Shown: in pieces, positions 43,663 through 54,122 of the stretch
How positions within the stretch are numbered: the first letter of the stretch is position 1
Layout: every line of letters starts with the position of its first letter
NCBI GenBank assembly: GCA_963665115.1
Contig: OY762007.1
Span: 4,704,001-4,768,000, forward strand
Source of the DNA: an uncultured Rivularia sp.
GTDB lineage: Bacteria > Cyanobacteriota > Cyanobacteriia > Cyanobacteriales > Nostocaceae
Direction of reading: 5' to 3'
DNA: 64,000 bases
Notes under the pieces: generated by a model
What the model saw: the letters and a program-made list of their open reading frames with translations, nothing else
Database searches by the model: none
Told to the model about the DNA's origin: nothing
Program-made: the position numbers and the translations under genes

Positions 43663-45759
43663 ATGGCAGAACGGGATATTCCAGATGGCTGGTCATCAGC
43701 TAGAAGAACTCAGTCAGATGAAATGGCTCGATTATTCAACACGGAACAATCCGCTAATCATAAGTATGGTGTCCCGGCAACTGGTTCTAGCTCTAAATCG
43801 GTGTCAAGTAAAAACAAAAGCAATTCAAAAAAATCGACTTTAAAAAGTCATTCAAAAGAAAATTTGCAGGCAAAGGGTAGTTCTAAAAAATTACCGCGCT
43901 GGCTTACAAGTTGGGTTTTATGGGCGTTTTTGCTCGCTTTCGTACCCGGTACGATCGGGTTCATGGCAATGGCGATTTTGCTAAAGTTGCCTACAGCACC
44001 CAACTGCCCTTCTATTTTCTGGCCCTTAGCTAGTGCCTCTGTACGGATACACTGCGCTCAGGTAGCGGCTTCCAAAGAAACGGTAAAAGATTTACTCGAA
44101 GCAATTGATTTAGTCAAGAAATTGCCTCCAAATCATCCATTGCGCTCTGAGATTGACCGTAATGTGGAAGATTGGTCCCGTAGTGTATTGCAGCTCGCCG
44201 ACGAGAGTTTCCAAGCAGGTAGATTAGAGGAAGCGATTGAAATTGCTCGCAAGCTACCTGAAGATGTTTCTGCTTTTAAATTAGTCGAAGATCAAATTGA
44301 CAGTTGGAAATTAATTTGGGCAAAGGCTCAGGATATTTATAAGGAAGCAGAAGGTGAAATGCGCGAGCAGCGCTGGCAATCGGCTTTCATGCGTTCGGCA
44401 AAGTTGCTACGTTTAAATAATAGATTTTGGGCTAGTACGAAGTACGAAGAGTTAAATAACCTGATTATTGGGGCCAGAGAAGATGGCGAGAAGTTAGCAG
44501 AAGCTGAAAGTTTATCAAAGAGTAAAAATGTAGATAAAATACTCAAAGGGATTAAGCTGGCGCAATCGATCGGAAAAAATAGCTACGTTTATCAGAAAGC
44601 TCAAGAAGCAATTCCAGATTTTGGACTGAAGATGCTGGAATTAGCTGAAAACAAATTGGAGCAAAGGGATGCAGATGAAGCTATATACATTGCTCAAAAA
44701 ATTCCACCAATTTCTTCAATAGAACCGGAAACTACAGATTTTATATATTTAGCTGAAGCGCAAAGAAACGCTTGGACGGGGACAATTTCCGGTTTAGAAG
44801 CCGCAGTTGCTTCCGCACAGCAAATTGATTCCAATCGACCAATTTATCAAAAAGCGCAAAAACTGATTGCTAGTTGGCAATTAGAAATAGAGGACGTGTC
44901 TCGTTTAGAAAGAGCGCGAACCCTTGCTTCTCAAGGTTCGATCGGCGATTTATCCGCAGCGATCGCCGAAGCAAAAATGATTCCGAAAAACAATCCCCGC
45001 GCTAAAGAAGCCAGAAAAGAAATTAATTCCTGGGCTTCTCAAGTACAGACAATTGAAGACAGACCATATTTAGAACGTGCCGAAGAACTTGCACTATTTG
45101 GTGATACTTCTTCCTTAAAAGCTGCGATCGCCGAAGCAAGTAGAATTCGTCGCGGACGTTCTTTGTATAGAGAAGCACGGAAAAAGATCGCCGCTTGGAG
45201 CGCTAAGGTGCAGAGAGTAGAAGACCAGCCTTATTTAGACCAAGCACGCTCGTTAGCAAATAGCGGAGACTTGAGTGCAGCAATTAGCACCGCAAAACAG
45301 ATTAGATCGGGAAGAGTACTGTCGCGACAAGCTCAAAGAGACATTAATGAGTGGCAAGCTGAAGTCTCTGCTACAAACAATTGGAGGAAAGCGCGAGAAG
45401 TCGCATTAGGTGGAACTCCAAATGCCTTGTCGCAAGCAATTAGGTTAGCTCGGCGAGTACCTAGAGGTACTGGGTTTCGTTCCGATGCTAGGGTTGCAAT
45501 GGATCAATGGAGTCAGCAGTTATTTGATATTGCTCGTACTCAAAGTCAATCCGATATTGTTCGCGCCATTGAAACAGCTAAATTGGTTCCTAGAGGTACT
45601 CAAGCTTACAGTTCAGCGCAGCAGCAAATTGGTACCTGGCGCGATTATCTCAATCCCCCCGAACCAGAGCCAGAGCCGGAACCAGAGCCAGAACCACAAC
45701 CACAGGTAGTTGAGCCATCAGCCCCCGAACCTCTACCAATAACTGGTAATACTTTGTAA
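43663..45759 (+). CDS. Membrane-anchored alpha-helical repeat protein of unknown function
   Basis: TM helix, PNCPSIFWPLAS, repeated IEDRPYL..A units, PE-rich tail. Confidence 0.8.
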   Translation: MAERDIPDGWSSARRTQSDEMARLFNTEQSANHKYGVPATGSSSKSVSSKNKSNSKKSTLKSHSKENLQAKGSSKKLPRWLTSWVLWAFLLAFVPGTIGFMAMAILLKLPTAPNCPSIFWPLASASVRIHCAQVAASKETVKDLLEAIDLVKKLPPNHPLRSEIDRNVEDWSRSVLQLADESFQAGRLEEAIEIARKLPEDVSAFKLVEDQIDSWKLIWAKAQDIYKEAEGEMREQRWQSAFMRSAKLLRLNNRFWASTKYEELNNLIIGAREDGEKLAEAESLSKSKNVDKILKGIKLAQSIGKNSYVYQKAQEAIPDFGLKMLELAENKLEQRDADEAIYIAQKIPPISSIEPETTDFIYLAEAQRNAWTGTISGLEAAVASAQQIDSNRPIYQKAQKLIASWQLEIEDVSRLERARTLASQGSIGDLSAAIAEAKMIPKNNPRAKEARKEINSWASQVQTIEDRPYLERAEELALFGDTSSLKAAIAEASRIRRGRSLYREARKKIAAWSAKVQRVEDQPYLDQARSLANSGDLSAAISTAKQIRSGRVLSRQAQRDINEWQAEVSATNNWRKAREVALGGTPNALSQAIRLARRVPRGTGFRSDARVAMDQWSQQLFDIARTQSQSDIVRAIETAKLVPRGTQAYSSAQQQIGTWRDYLNPPEPEPEPEPEPEPQPQVVEPSAPEPLPITGNTL

Positions 45760-45857
45760 TCAGTTATCAATTATCAGTTAACAGTTATCAGGTAGGAATG
45801 ATTTTTTTGTAGAAGATTAGAAAATATTTCTTTTACTGCTTATTACAATTACAGGTG

Positions 45858-45885
45858 AAGCCCTCTTTTTTAGAGGGTTTTTTTG
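45858..45885 (+). terminator. Probable intrinsic terminator
   Basis: CCCTCT...AGAGGG hairpin followed by a T run. Confidence 0.6.
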
Positions 45886-46213
45886 TATTTACAGCAACTA
45901 AGCTGCTGCACATCTAATTTTTATCGAGACTTTTGGGTCAAAAACCCCACCGTCTATACGGTGCTAGTAATTGGTTGGGGCTAAAAACCCCATTCAATTA
46001 CCTCTCCCTCCCTCACTCCCTCACTCCCTCACTCTTTATTATCGTAGCGGGCAAGATGCCTGCACTACAAAACTTTCAAAAATTCCAATATACAAATTAA
46101 AAGATTTTTAGCTTACCAAAATGGTTATTTTTCAAGAACAAGCATTTTGATAATTGATAATTGATAACTGATAACTGTATGTCCCTTTCGGGACACGCTT
46201 CGCTAACACTGTT

Positions 46214-47714
46214 CTAACTGTCAATCTGCCTTACAACTGTCAAGGCTGAATAACTTACTCCCGCAGTACCTTCACCCGGATGTGTTGAATCACCTACCAA
46301 CCATAAATTATCTATTGGTGTACGATTGGCAAAACCAAAAGGACCGAAAGTTGGGACTCTTTGCCCTATACCGCCGACAATTCCTTTATCTCTAGCGGTA
46401 AAAGTGTAAAAAGTACGCGGTGTTGCTGCTTCTACATGAATGATAGTTTCTGGTTTTAAGTAGAAAAATTTGCTCAGATTTGTCAAAGCTTCTTGCGTAA
46501 ACTGCTGTTTTAAATCATCGTAAGTTTCTGCATCCCACCACTTGTCTGCATCTACAAAAGAAGAAGCAATAATTGTTGCCTTTCCCGCAGGGGCACGCCC
46601 ATCATGAGGACGACTTACTGAAACAAATAAAGAATTATTTTCGCCAATTGGGCCATTTACATCGTAGAGAAACTGGAGGTGTGGCGGACATTCGGGAGGA
46701 ATCGCACTTTCATCAACGCCTAAATAAATTACAAATGCACCGGATGAAGGAGGTAACTTTTCAACTCGCTTTTTGTAACCTTTAGGAGCTTTTTCTCCCA
46801 ACAACTGCATCAAGTTTTGAACTGTGACATTAGCAACTACATGGTTCGTAGATTCAGTCCAAGTCTCACCAGTTTTCTGGTTACGAATGGTAACAGCGCT
46901 AACTCGATTATTCTCTACCTCGATCTGTTCTACCGTATGACGCATTAATAATTTACCGCCATCTCTTTGCAAAGATTCTACAAGGCGATCGCTCAATACC
47001 TGCATACTTGCTTCGAGATGGTACAATCCTTGCGGTTCTTGAGATACGCTCAATGCAGTTGCCGCATAAAGTAACGCTGTTTCCTCTGCATTCACCTGGG
47101 AATACAGCTTTAATTGTAAATCTAAAAACGTTCGCAAACGATGGTTTTTACCTTGTCCGGTAAAGCGTAAAGCATCGCCAACCGTAGATAAAGTATAGGG
47201 AACCGTTACCAAAGTATCCGGACGCACCGCTGTAGTTAGCTGTAGTAAATCCCACCAGTTACGCGGTGGTAATACGGGGGTCGCGGGCTTGAAATTTCCA
47301 GCTTGCTTTGAATAAAGTTGATAGTAAATTCCAAAAAGGTTCGCTACCGGGAAACTGTCTTAAACGTTCTTCCTGCCACTTCTCTGGGTTACGCCAAACG
47401 TTGATAGGAGTAGTTTCTCCGGGTAAGTATACCGCACAAGCAGGGTCGCAAGGTGTAGCTCGTGGTAGTTCTATTTCTAACTCAGAAAAAATTCGATGAT
47501 GAATTCCTCCTGGCTCCAAACCTGCTACCTGAGTAGCACCGACATCAAAAGTAAAACCTTTGCGTTTGAAAGTGGAAGCACAACCTCCCGGCACGAGAGC
47601 TTGGTCTAAAATTAATACTTCGTAATTTCTATTTGCAAGTAAAGCGCCAGCAGTAAGCCCGCCAATCCCAGCCCCGACAACAACTGCACGGGATTTCCCC
47701 TTCCCATTTAACAT
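46214..47714 (-). CDS. crtD: Carotenoid C-3',4' desaturase CrtD, +1 frameshift at 47276-47280
   Basis: GAGIGG FAD motif, FDVGATQVAGLEPGG and GDSTHPGEGT; removing one base restores ARDPVLPPRNWWDL. Confidence 0.8.
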
Positions 47715-47845
47715 TGATATTTTGTTTATGTTTCTTAATATATATTTATTATTTTATAACTTTCGGGGTGTTGTGGGGGATTTGGGGATAAGTAGAGGCT
47801 GTATAATTTTGGGTTATTCCGCGATATTTTGGAGACGTAGCAATG

Positions 47846-48415
47846 CTACGTCTCTACACGCATCTTCAACCAATCGAAGACTTGCTGTGCTGTTAATTCA
47901 AGATCGATACCATCCAAGACAGTTAATTTATCGCTACCTTGAAATAATTTTGGTTGTTGATTGGGTAGAAAAACTAAAATAGATTTATCATCGGGATCGA
48001 CTAACCATCCAAGTTGACAACCGTGGCTGAGGCAATGAAGAATATTCCCTGTAACTCTGTTAGAACTTTGTTCTGGGGAAAGAATTTCTATAGTCCAATC
48101 TGGAGCAACAAGCACATCATCTACAGGTTCTCCTTCTTCATCTAATTCAATTTGATTCCAGCGAAGAATTGCCACGTCGGGAACAATCGAACGTCCTCCA
48201 AAAGTGCATCGCAATTCAGGAAATGCATAAGCTATCTGTTTTTCTTCAGTAACATGATTAATTTTAGTAGTAAATTTTGCCTGAAGTCTGGAGTGGCGAG
48301 TTTTGGGCATAGGTTTTTGAATAATTTCACCGTTAATATATTCTCTAACGGGTTTGGTTTCTGGAGAATTGAGAAATTCTTCTAAAGTTAAAGGCTTTGA
48401 AAATGTCTTTACCAC
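47846..48415 (-). CDS. Uma2 family protein
   Basis: PETKP, PELRCTFGGRSIVPD and APDWTIEILSP. Confidence 0.9.
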   Translation of the reverse strand: MVKTFSKPLTLEEFLNSPETKPVREYINGEIIQKPMPKTRHSRLQAKFTTKINHVTEEKQIAYAFPELRCTFGGRSIVPDVAILRWNQIELDEEGEPVDDVLVAPDWTIEILSPEQSSNRVTGNILHCLSHGCQLGWLVDPDDKSILVFLPNQQPKLFQGSDKLTVLDGIDLELTAQQVFDWLKMRVET

Positions 48416-48621
48416 TGAAAGTTGCTTCCGATAAAGAAAATTAGATAATTATTATTATAGTATTTTAAACATTCTTTTATTGTTCGTAAATGTAAATAAA
48501 AGTATTGAAAGCTATAGAATAAATAAAGCGGGCAATTATACCCGCATTAATATAAATAACTAAATTAAACATTTAAGATGCTTCCTCAAAGTAATTTGCA
48601 ACCCAATTAAAAACAGCATGA

Positions 48622-49260
48622 TTAATCTTTATATGGACAAATACTATCGCTTTTATTTAGTTGTGTTACAACACAGCCAGCGTATTTTACTGCTGTCTTG
48701 TTCGATGTGGTATAAACCAGCAATGCTTCTGAATCCTGAAAATTTGTATGTTTAATCAATAAATTACCATCTATAAATCCGATACTTTTAATTTTTCCCA
48801 GAGGGTATGTAGAAAATCTATTATTAATTTGCCTTTTTCCGGGAACTGCTACGCGGTGAATCAGATAATTATTCCAATTGGGTTGGGGCTGAAGGATAAA
48901 TGCTGCACTTATATTTTGTTTAAAACAATCTTGCAATAATACTCCAACAGCTAAATTACCAGTTTTATTGTCTATTTTTATTGCTTCGGGAGAGAATTTT
49001 TTACCGGATAAAGTTCGGCGTTCAACTAGTTTTCCTTCACAAGTTAACGAGTCTAATACTCTGACTTTTAAACTATTAGCTTGAATGGTTTTAATTATTT
49101 TTCCATCGTAAATTCTTAGTTTGGTTCCATTTCCGACAACACGCACTGTTAGAAGGCTGCGATTTTCGATTTTTATGGGAGTAGGTTGAATTAGTTGAGC
49201 AGTAGCTGAAGTTGCTAGCGATAGACTTGCAATAGTCGTAAGAATAGGTAAAAATTTCAT
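48622..49260 (-). CDS. Secreted hypothetical protein
   Basis: Signal peptide ending ATA; four Cys. Confidence 0.7.
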   Translation of the reverse strand: MKFLPILTTIASLSLATSATAQLIQPTPIKIENRSLLTVRVVGNGTKLRIYDGKIIKTIQANSLKVRVLDSLTCEGKLVERRTLSGKKFSPEAIKIDNKTGNLAVGVLLQDCFKQNISAAFILQPQPNWNNYLIHRVAVPGKRQINNRFSTYPLGKIKSIGFIDGNLLIKHTNFQDSEALLVYTTSNKTAVKYAGCVVTQLNKSDSICPYKD

Positions 49261-49695
49261 TTATATTTTGGTTTAATCATTAAGTGATGGAGATAGCTAC
49301 CCTTAATAGAAACCAAATTCCAGATAGATCGCTTTGTCTAACTGTTTCTTCATAAAATATACTTCATTTGGTCAGCTAAATAATCAATTTAAAATTACTT
49401 TTACAGACTATTTAAAGAAAAGTTAAAACAACACTTAGTTAAACAAACGAAATTTATCTGTATAGGTTGGAAAACAGTAATTTCTCTGACAAAAGCAAAT
49501 GAAATAGATCGGGCGTAAGTCCTAAATTCTATTTTTGTATGGCAACTGACTTGAACTACGCCGTGACATTAGCATTGCTATATATGAGATTTAATCGAAA
49601 TTCCCCCTAAAAGCCCGCGATCGAGCATTATTTTCGGTAAATAAATAAGACCTAGTTATGATAAAGATGTAAGACGCTCCGATCGATAACTACAA

Positions 49696-50985
49696 ATGTC
49701 CTCAACTCTGCTAGAATTTCCTCGTCTAAATGCGCCGAAGCTACGACAATTACCCAATGGGTTGACGATAGTTGTAGAGCAAATGCCAGTAGAAGCTGTT
49801 AACCTAAATTTATGGATTGACGTGGGTTCAACAGCCGAAAGTGATGCTATTAACGGGATGGCTCACTTTTTGGAACATATGATTTTCAAAGGAACCAAGC
49901 GACTGGCAAGCGGAGAGTTTGAACGTAGAATTGAAGAACGTGGTGCGGTGACGAATGCCGCGACTAGCCAAGACTATACTCATTATTACGTAACTGCGGC
50001 TCCCAAGGATTTTGCAAAACTTGCACCATTACAAATCGATATAGTAATGAATGCTGGTATTCCCGATGATGCTTTTGAACGGGAACGTATGGTGGTGCTT
50101 GAAGAAATTAGACGCAGCGATGATAACCCCCAACGCCGTACTTTTGCCAGTGCAATGGAAACTGCTTTTGAAAAATTACCATATCGCCGTCCGGTATTAG
50201 GGCCAGAAGCCGTAATTTCTCAACTTCAAGTAGAGCAAATGCGCTCTTTTCATGCTCAAAATTACCAACCAAAGTCTGTTACTGCGGTTGCTGTTGGTAA
50301 TTTACCTGAAGAAGAGTTGATTGAAATTATTGCAGAGGGGTTTGCTAATGTTGAAACGCGAAACTTAGGCAAAGTAGAAACCCAAGATATAAATTCTCTA
50401 CAATTAGAACCACCTTTCACAGAAATTGTTCGTAAAGAATCTGTTGACGAAAGCCTTCAGCAAGCAAGATTAATTATGCTGTGGCGAGTGCCTGGTTTGA
50501 TGCAGCTAAATCAAACTTATGCGCTGGACGTACTTTCAGCCATTTTAGGGCACGGGCGTACTTCTAGATTGTGGCGGGATTTAAGGGAAGAACGCGAACT
50601 GGTTAACTATATCTCTGTAAGCAATATGACCAATCAGCTACAGGGCACTTTTTTGATTGCTGCTCATTGTGAAGTAGAAAAATTAGCTGCTGTAGAACAA
50701 GCAATAGTTGAACACATACGTAAAGTTCAAACAGAAATAGAAGAATCAGAAATTACCCGAATTCGCAAACGTGTAGCCAATAGGTTTATTTTTGCCAACG
50801 AAAGACCTAGCGATCGCGCTAATTTATACGGCTACTATCAAACTTTAATCGGCGACTTAGAACCAGCCTTTGATTTCCCCCATCATATTCAGAGTCAGGA
50901 TAGAGATACTTTGATTGAAGCTGCTAGAACATATCTTTCCCCAGATGCTTATGGGGTAGTGGTGATGAAACCGAAAGAAAATTAG
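49696..50985 (+). CDS. M16 family zinc peptidase
   Basis: HFLEH motif, NAATSQDYT and ERERMVVLEE. Confidence 0.92.
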   Translation: MSSTLLEFPRLNAPKLRQLPNGLTIVVEQMPVEAVNLNLWIDVGSTAESDAINGMAHFLEHMIFKGTKRLASGEFERRIEERGAVTNAATSQDYTHYYVTAAPKDFAKLAPLQIDIVMNAGIPDDAFERERMVVLEEIRRSDDNPQRRTFASAMETAFEKLPYRRPVLGPEAVISQLQVEQMRSFHAQNYQPKSVTAVAVGNLPEEELIEIIAEGFANVETRNLGKVETQDINSLQLEPPFTEIVRKESVDESLQQARLIMLWRVPGLMQLNQTYALDVLSAILGHGRTSRLWRDLREERELVNYISVSNMTNQLQGTFLIAAHCEVEKLAAVEQAIVEHIRKVQTEIEESEITRIRKRVANRFIFANERPSDRANLYGYYQTLIGDLEPAFDFPHHIQSQDRDTLIEAARTYLSPDAYGVVVMKPKEN

Positions 50986-51187
50986 GAGTTAGGAATTAGG
51001 AGTTACAAGTTATTCCTAATTTCTGATATTAATTTAGTAAAATTGGACGTGCCTTGATGTCCGTATCACAACACTTTTGATGAAATGTTGTGTTTAATTT
51101 GGTTGTAAAATACTTTAAATTCTCAACTTCTAATTACTAACTTTCAACTCATAACTCATAACTCCTAACTCTTAACTCTTTCTAAAA

Positions 51188-52057
51188 ATGTGGACTGAAA
51201 TTGATGCTCAAATTAGCCAAGCTACTGGGGAAAAATTCAAAACCCAGCAGCGGCGAAGTGTTTCTGGTGGGTGTATTAATCAAGGTTATTGTTTAAATGA
51301 TGGTGCGCGGACTTATTTTATGAAGTTAAATCAAGCTTCCCAAGTGGCGATGTTTGAAGCGGAAGCTTTGGGTTTAACACATATGTGCTATACAGATACC
51401 ATCCGCGTACCGGAACCTATTTGTTATGGTGTTGCGGGAAATTCCTGCTATATCGTTTTGGAATGGTTGGATATGGATAGGGGTGACAGTAAAGCTTACC
51501 AGGAGATGGGTAGGAAGTTAGGTCAAATGCATAAAGCATCTCTGAGCGAAACATTTGGCTGGAATATGAACAATACCATCGGTTCGACTCCACAAATTAA
51601 TACTCGCACTGATGATTGGGTAGAGTTTTGGACTAAACATCGTTTGGGATATCAGTTTGAATTAGCAAAGCGTCGTGGTGGTAGTTTTCCTCAAGCTGAT
51701 GATTTACTAAATGCCATTCCCGAGTTATTAGCAGGGCATGAAGTGCAGTCATCTTTGGTACATGGCGATCTATGGGGAGGGAATGCTGGATTTACTCACG
51801 AAGGGGAGCCAATAATTTTCGATCCGGCAACTTATTTCGGCGATAGGGAAGTTGATATTGCGATGACAGAAGTTTTTGGTGGTTTTCCGGCTGCTTTTTA
51901 TCAAGGTTATAACGAAGCGTTTCCGCTGGATGATGGGTATGAACGGCGGAAGACTTTGTATAATCTGTATCATATTTTGAATCATTTTAATTTGTTTGGT
52001 GGTGGGTATGGTTCTCAAGCGAATGGGATGATTGGGAGGATTTTGAGCAATAAATAA
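51188..52057 (+). CDS. Fructosamine kinase family protein
   Basis: GGCIN, LVHGDLWGGN and FDPATYFGDREVD. Confidence 0.92.
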   Translation: MWTEIDAQISQATGEKFKTQQRRSVSGGCINQGYCLNDGARTYFMKLNQASQVAMFEAEALGLTHMCYTDTIRVPEPICYGVAGNSCYIVLEWLDMDRGDSKAYQEMGRKLGQMHKASLSETFGWNMNNTIGSTPQINTRTDDWVEFWTKHRLGYQFELAKRRGGSFPQADDLLNAIPELLAGHEVQSSLVHGDLWGGNAGFTHEGEPIIFDPATYFGDREVDIAMTEVFGGFPAAFYQGYNEAFPLDDGYERRKTLYNLYHILNHFNLFGGGYGSQANGMIGRILSNK

Positions 52058-52127
52058 TCCTCACCCTCCAAGGGTGGGGCTACAGGAGCGAAGCCCACCT
52101 GCGTGGGCTAAATTGTAATAAGAAGAT

Positions 52128-53447
52128 TTAGTCTTTAATTTCTAAATCGTAGGCTTGGCAGAGGGATTTTAGGTTTTCTCGGAAGCGCGATCGCACTTCT
52201 GGGGGGGAGATGATTTCGCAGTCTTTGCCGTAGCGGAAGACTTCTCGGATTAGCCAGAAGGGATTTGCTACTTTTCGCACTACTTCGCGTATATCTCCAA
52301 CTTTTTCGTTGCTGATATCTTTATTAACGGAAGATGCTTTAGGTTTATATGCTTTTACCATTCCTTTGCAAAAGTGTAAGTGTACTTCCAAATAATCTAG
52401 ACCTTCGTCTCGCCATTGTCCTTTGACAGGTAAAATTGTTTTCACTCGATCAAAACGTAAACACCTATTATGTATGAGTTCTGGGTATTCAGGATTTTTT
52501 ATATCTTCAGTTTCATCGCACCAGATATTTAGGTAAAATCCCTTCTCCTCTTCAAAAGAAGTTTCTGCATAACGAACTGTAAATGCAATATACTCTTGTT
52601 GAGAATTTTTATAAAACAATCTGAAAGGTTCTTTTTTTTGACAAGATTGTTCGACTACTATACGCCATGATTGGTCTGGATGAATTAGTTGATTCATCAC
52701 TGATTGGCGTATTGCTGAATCCAAATTCCCTTGTTCTAACAACAAATTACCGAGGATTTGAGCTTTACTTACATCACCAGAATTTTTGAAAAGCGAAATA
52801 GCTTCATAAATTACTTCAATACGTGGATCTGAGCAAATATCGTTTATTATACCGTCAGTATTACTCCCTTCCCGCTCTAAGATTACCGATATAGTTTCTT
52901 CTCTCCCTGCCACCTGCCCACTGCTCCCTGCCTTAGATTTTAGATAATTTTCCGGCGGAATAGGAGTAACATTACTTTGAGATATACTTGTAATCTCAGA
53001 TGTATTTTTAAATTCTAATTGTTGGTTTAATTTTTTAGAGTGTTTTTCATTCCACTTATCCGCCCACTTCTGAGAAAATTTTTCTAAAATAATTGTTTTA
53101 TTCCTTGACCAAAGGCTCAAAGTAAAATGTAATTCTTTTCTACCTTGTTTTGGTGGCACCCGATGGTCGTCCAAAATTCCTAGAAAATCTTTCATAAGAT
53201 GAACTGCTTCCCTAACTCTTGTAGAAGTAAACTTTTCTTGAGTTTGGTATTGGGAAGTAAGTTTGACCAAATCTTTACAAGTCGTTTTCACTAAAAGCTT
53301 GTGATTTTTATTCTCTTCTTCTTTCCACTCACAAACTAATTCCAAATTCTCATACATAGTTAAGCCATTTTCCTTGAAGTCCAAAATTGCTTCAAGCAGA
53401 TATCTTGTTCTTTTCTCAGGTACTGGACCGTGGCTAATATTTGGCAT
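52128..53447 (-). CDS. CRISPR-associated-type WYL transcriptional regulator with an extra N-terminal domain
   Basis: FTVRYAE, YLNIWCDET, NRCLRFDRV and WLIREVFRYGKDCEIISPPEVR (WYL/WCX); divergent from the cas genes; likely start MPNISHG. Confidence 0.88.
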   Translation of the reverse strand: MPNISHGPVPEKRTRYLLEAILDFKENGLTMYENLELVCEWKEEENKNHKLLVKTTCKDLVKLTSQYQTQEKFTSTRVREAVHLMKDFLGILDDHRVPPKQGRKELHFTLSLWSRNKTIILEKFSQKWADKWNEKHSKKLNQQLEFKNTSEITSISQSNVTPIPPENYLKSKAGSSGQVAGREETISVILEREGSNTDGIINDICSDPRIEVIYEAISLFKNSGDVSKAQILGNLLLEQGNLDSAIRQSVMNQLIHPDQSWRIVVEQSCQKKEPFRLFYKNSQQEYIAFTVRYAETSFEEEKGFYLNIWCDETEDIKNPEYPELIHNRCLRFDRVKTILPVKGQWRDEGLDYLEVHLHFCKGMVKAYKPKASSVNKDISNEKVGDIREVVRKVANPFWLIREVFRYGKDCEIISPPEVRSRFRENLKSLCQAYDLEIKD

Positions 53448-53470
53448 CAGTGAAACGAACAGCTTTTCAA

Positions 53471-53590
53471 TTAGTTTAGGGTAATAAAAAAGTTTAGGGT
53501 ACCGATACATAAAATACCTACCCTAAACTAAATTTACCTTGCTATTGAGCAAGTTTTAGAAATTTTATGGTAACTATTGCATTAGGGTAT
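53471..53590. promoter_or_regulatory. Candidate operator in the divergent WYL/cas promoter
   Basis: TTAGTTTAGGGTA (53471), AGTTTAGGGTA (53491), inverted TACCCTAAACTAA (53519) and TTAGGGTA (53582). Confidence 0.6.
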
Positions 53591-53664
53591 ACCCCCAAAG
53601 CGACAGTGTTTACACAAGCAGCAATAGCTTCTGAAACAACTTAGTCATTTAAGGGAGTTAAAAT

Positions 53665-54081
53665 ATGATAATTCGTCAAACATTAATTGACGAGCTTGAT
53701 AGCTTATTAGAAACTCAACGTAGCAAGGGTTATAAAACTGCTTGGGTATGGTATGAAATCAAAAGCCAATCAGCCCCATTCTCGGAAGCGGAATTATACT
53801 ATATTGCGAACTTGCTAGGTTATAAGCCTGGATGGGCTAAATATAAAATCGAAGAGCAACAGGCAAACCAACTATTATATCAACCACTTACTCCACTGCA
53901 AAAGAGTTTGAATTTATTGGAGTTAGACGTTCCTTTTTATTCACAGGATTTGAAGCGTTCGTATAAGAGTAAAGCATTGAAGTTACATCCAGATAAAGGA
54001 GGTAGGCATGAAGATTTTATAGCCTTAAATAAGGCTTATCAGTATTTAAAAAATTATTTACGCGCAGAAGGTGTAATATAA
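53665..54081 (+). CDS. Small protein with C-terminal DnaJ (J) domain
   Basis: LKRSYKSKALKLHPDKGG...FIALNKAYQYL; AAGGGAG RBS. Confidence 0.88.
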   Translation: MIIRQTLIDELDSLLETQRSKGYKTAWVWYEIKSQSAPFSEAELYYIANLLGYKPGWAKYKIEEQQANQLLYQPLTPLQKSLNLLELDVPFYSQDLKRSYKSKALKLHPDKGGRHEDFIALNKAYQYLKNYLRAEGVI

Positions 54082-54122
54082 CCAAACAGAAGTTAAATAA
54101 GACATAATAGTTGGTATAAAAA

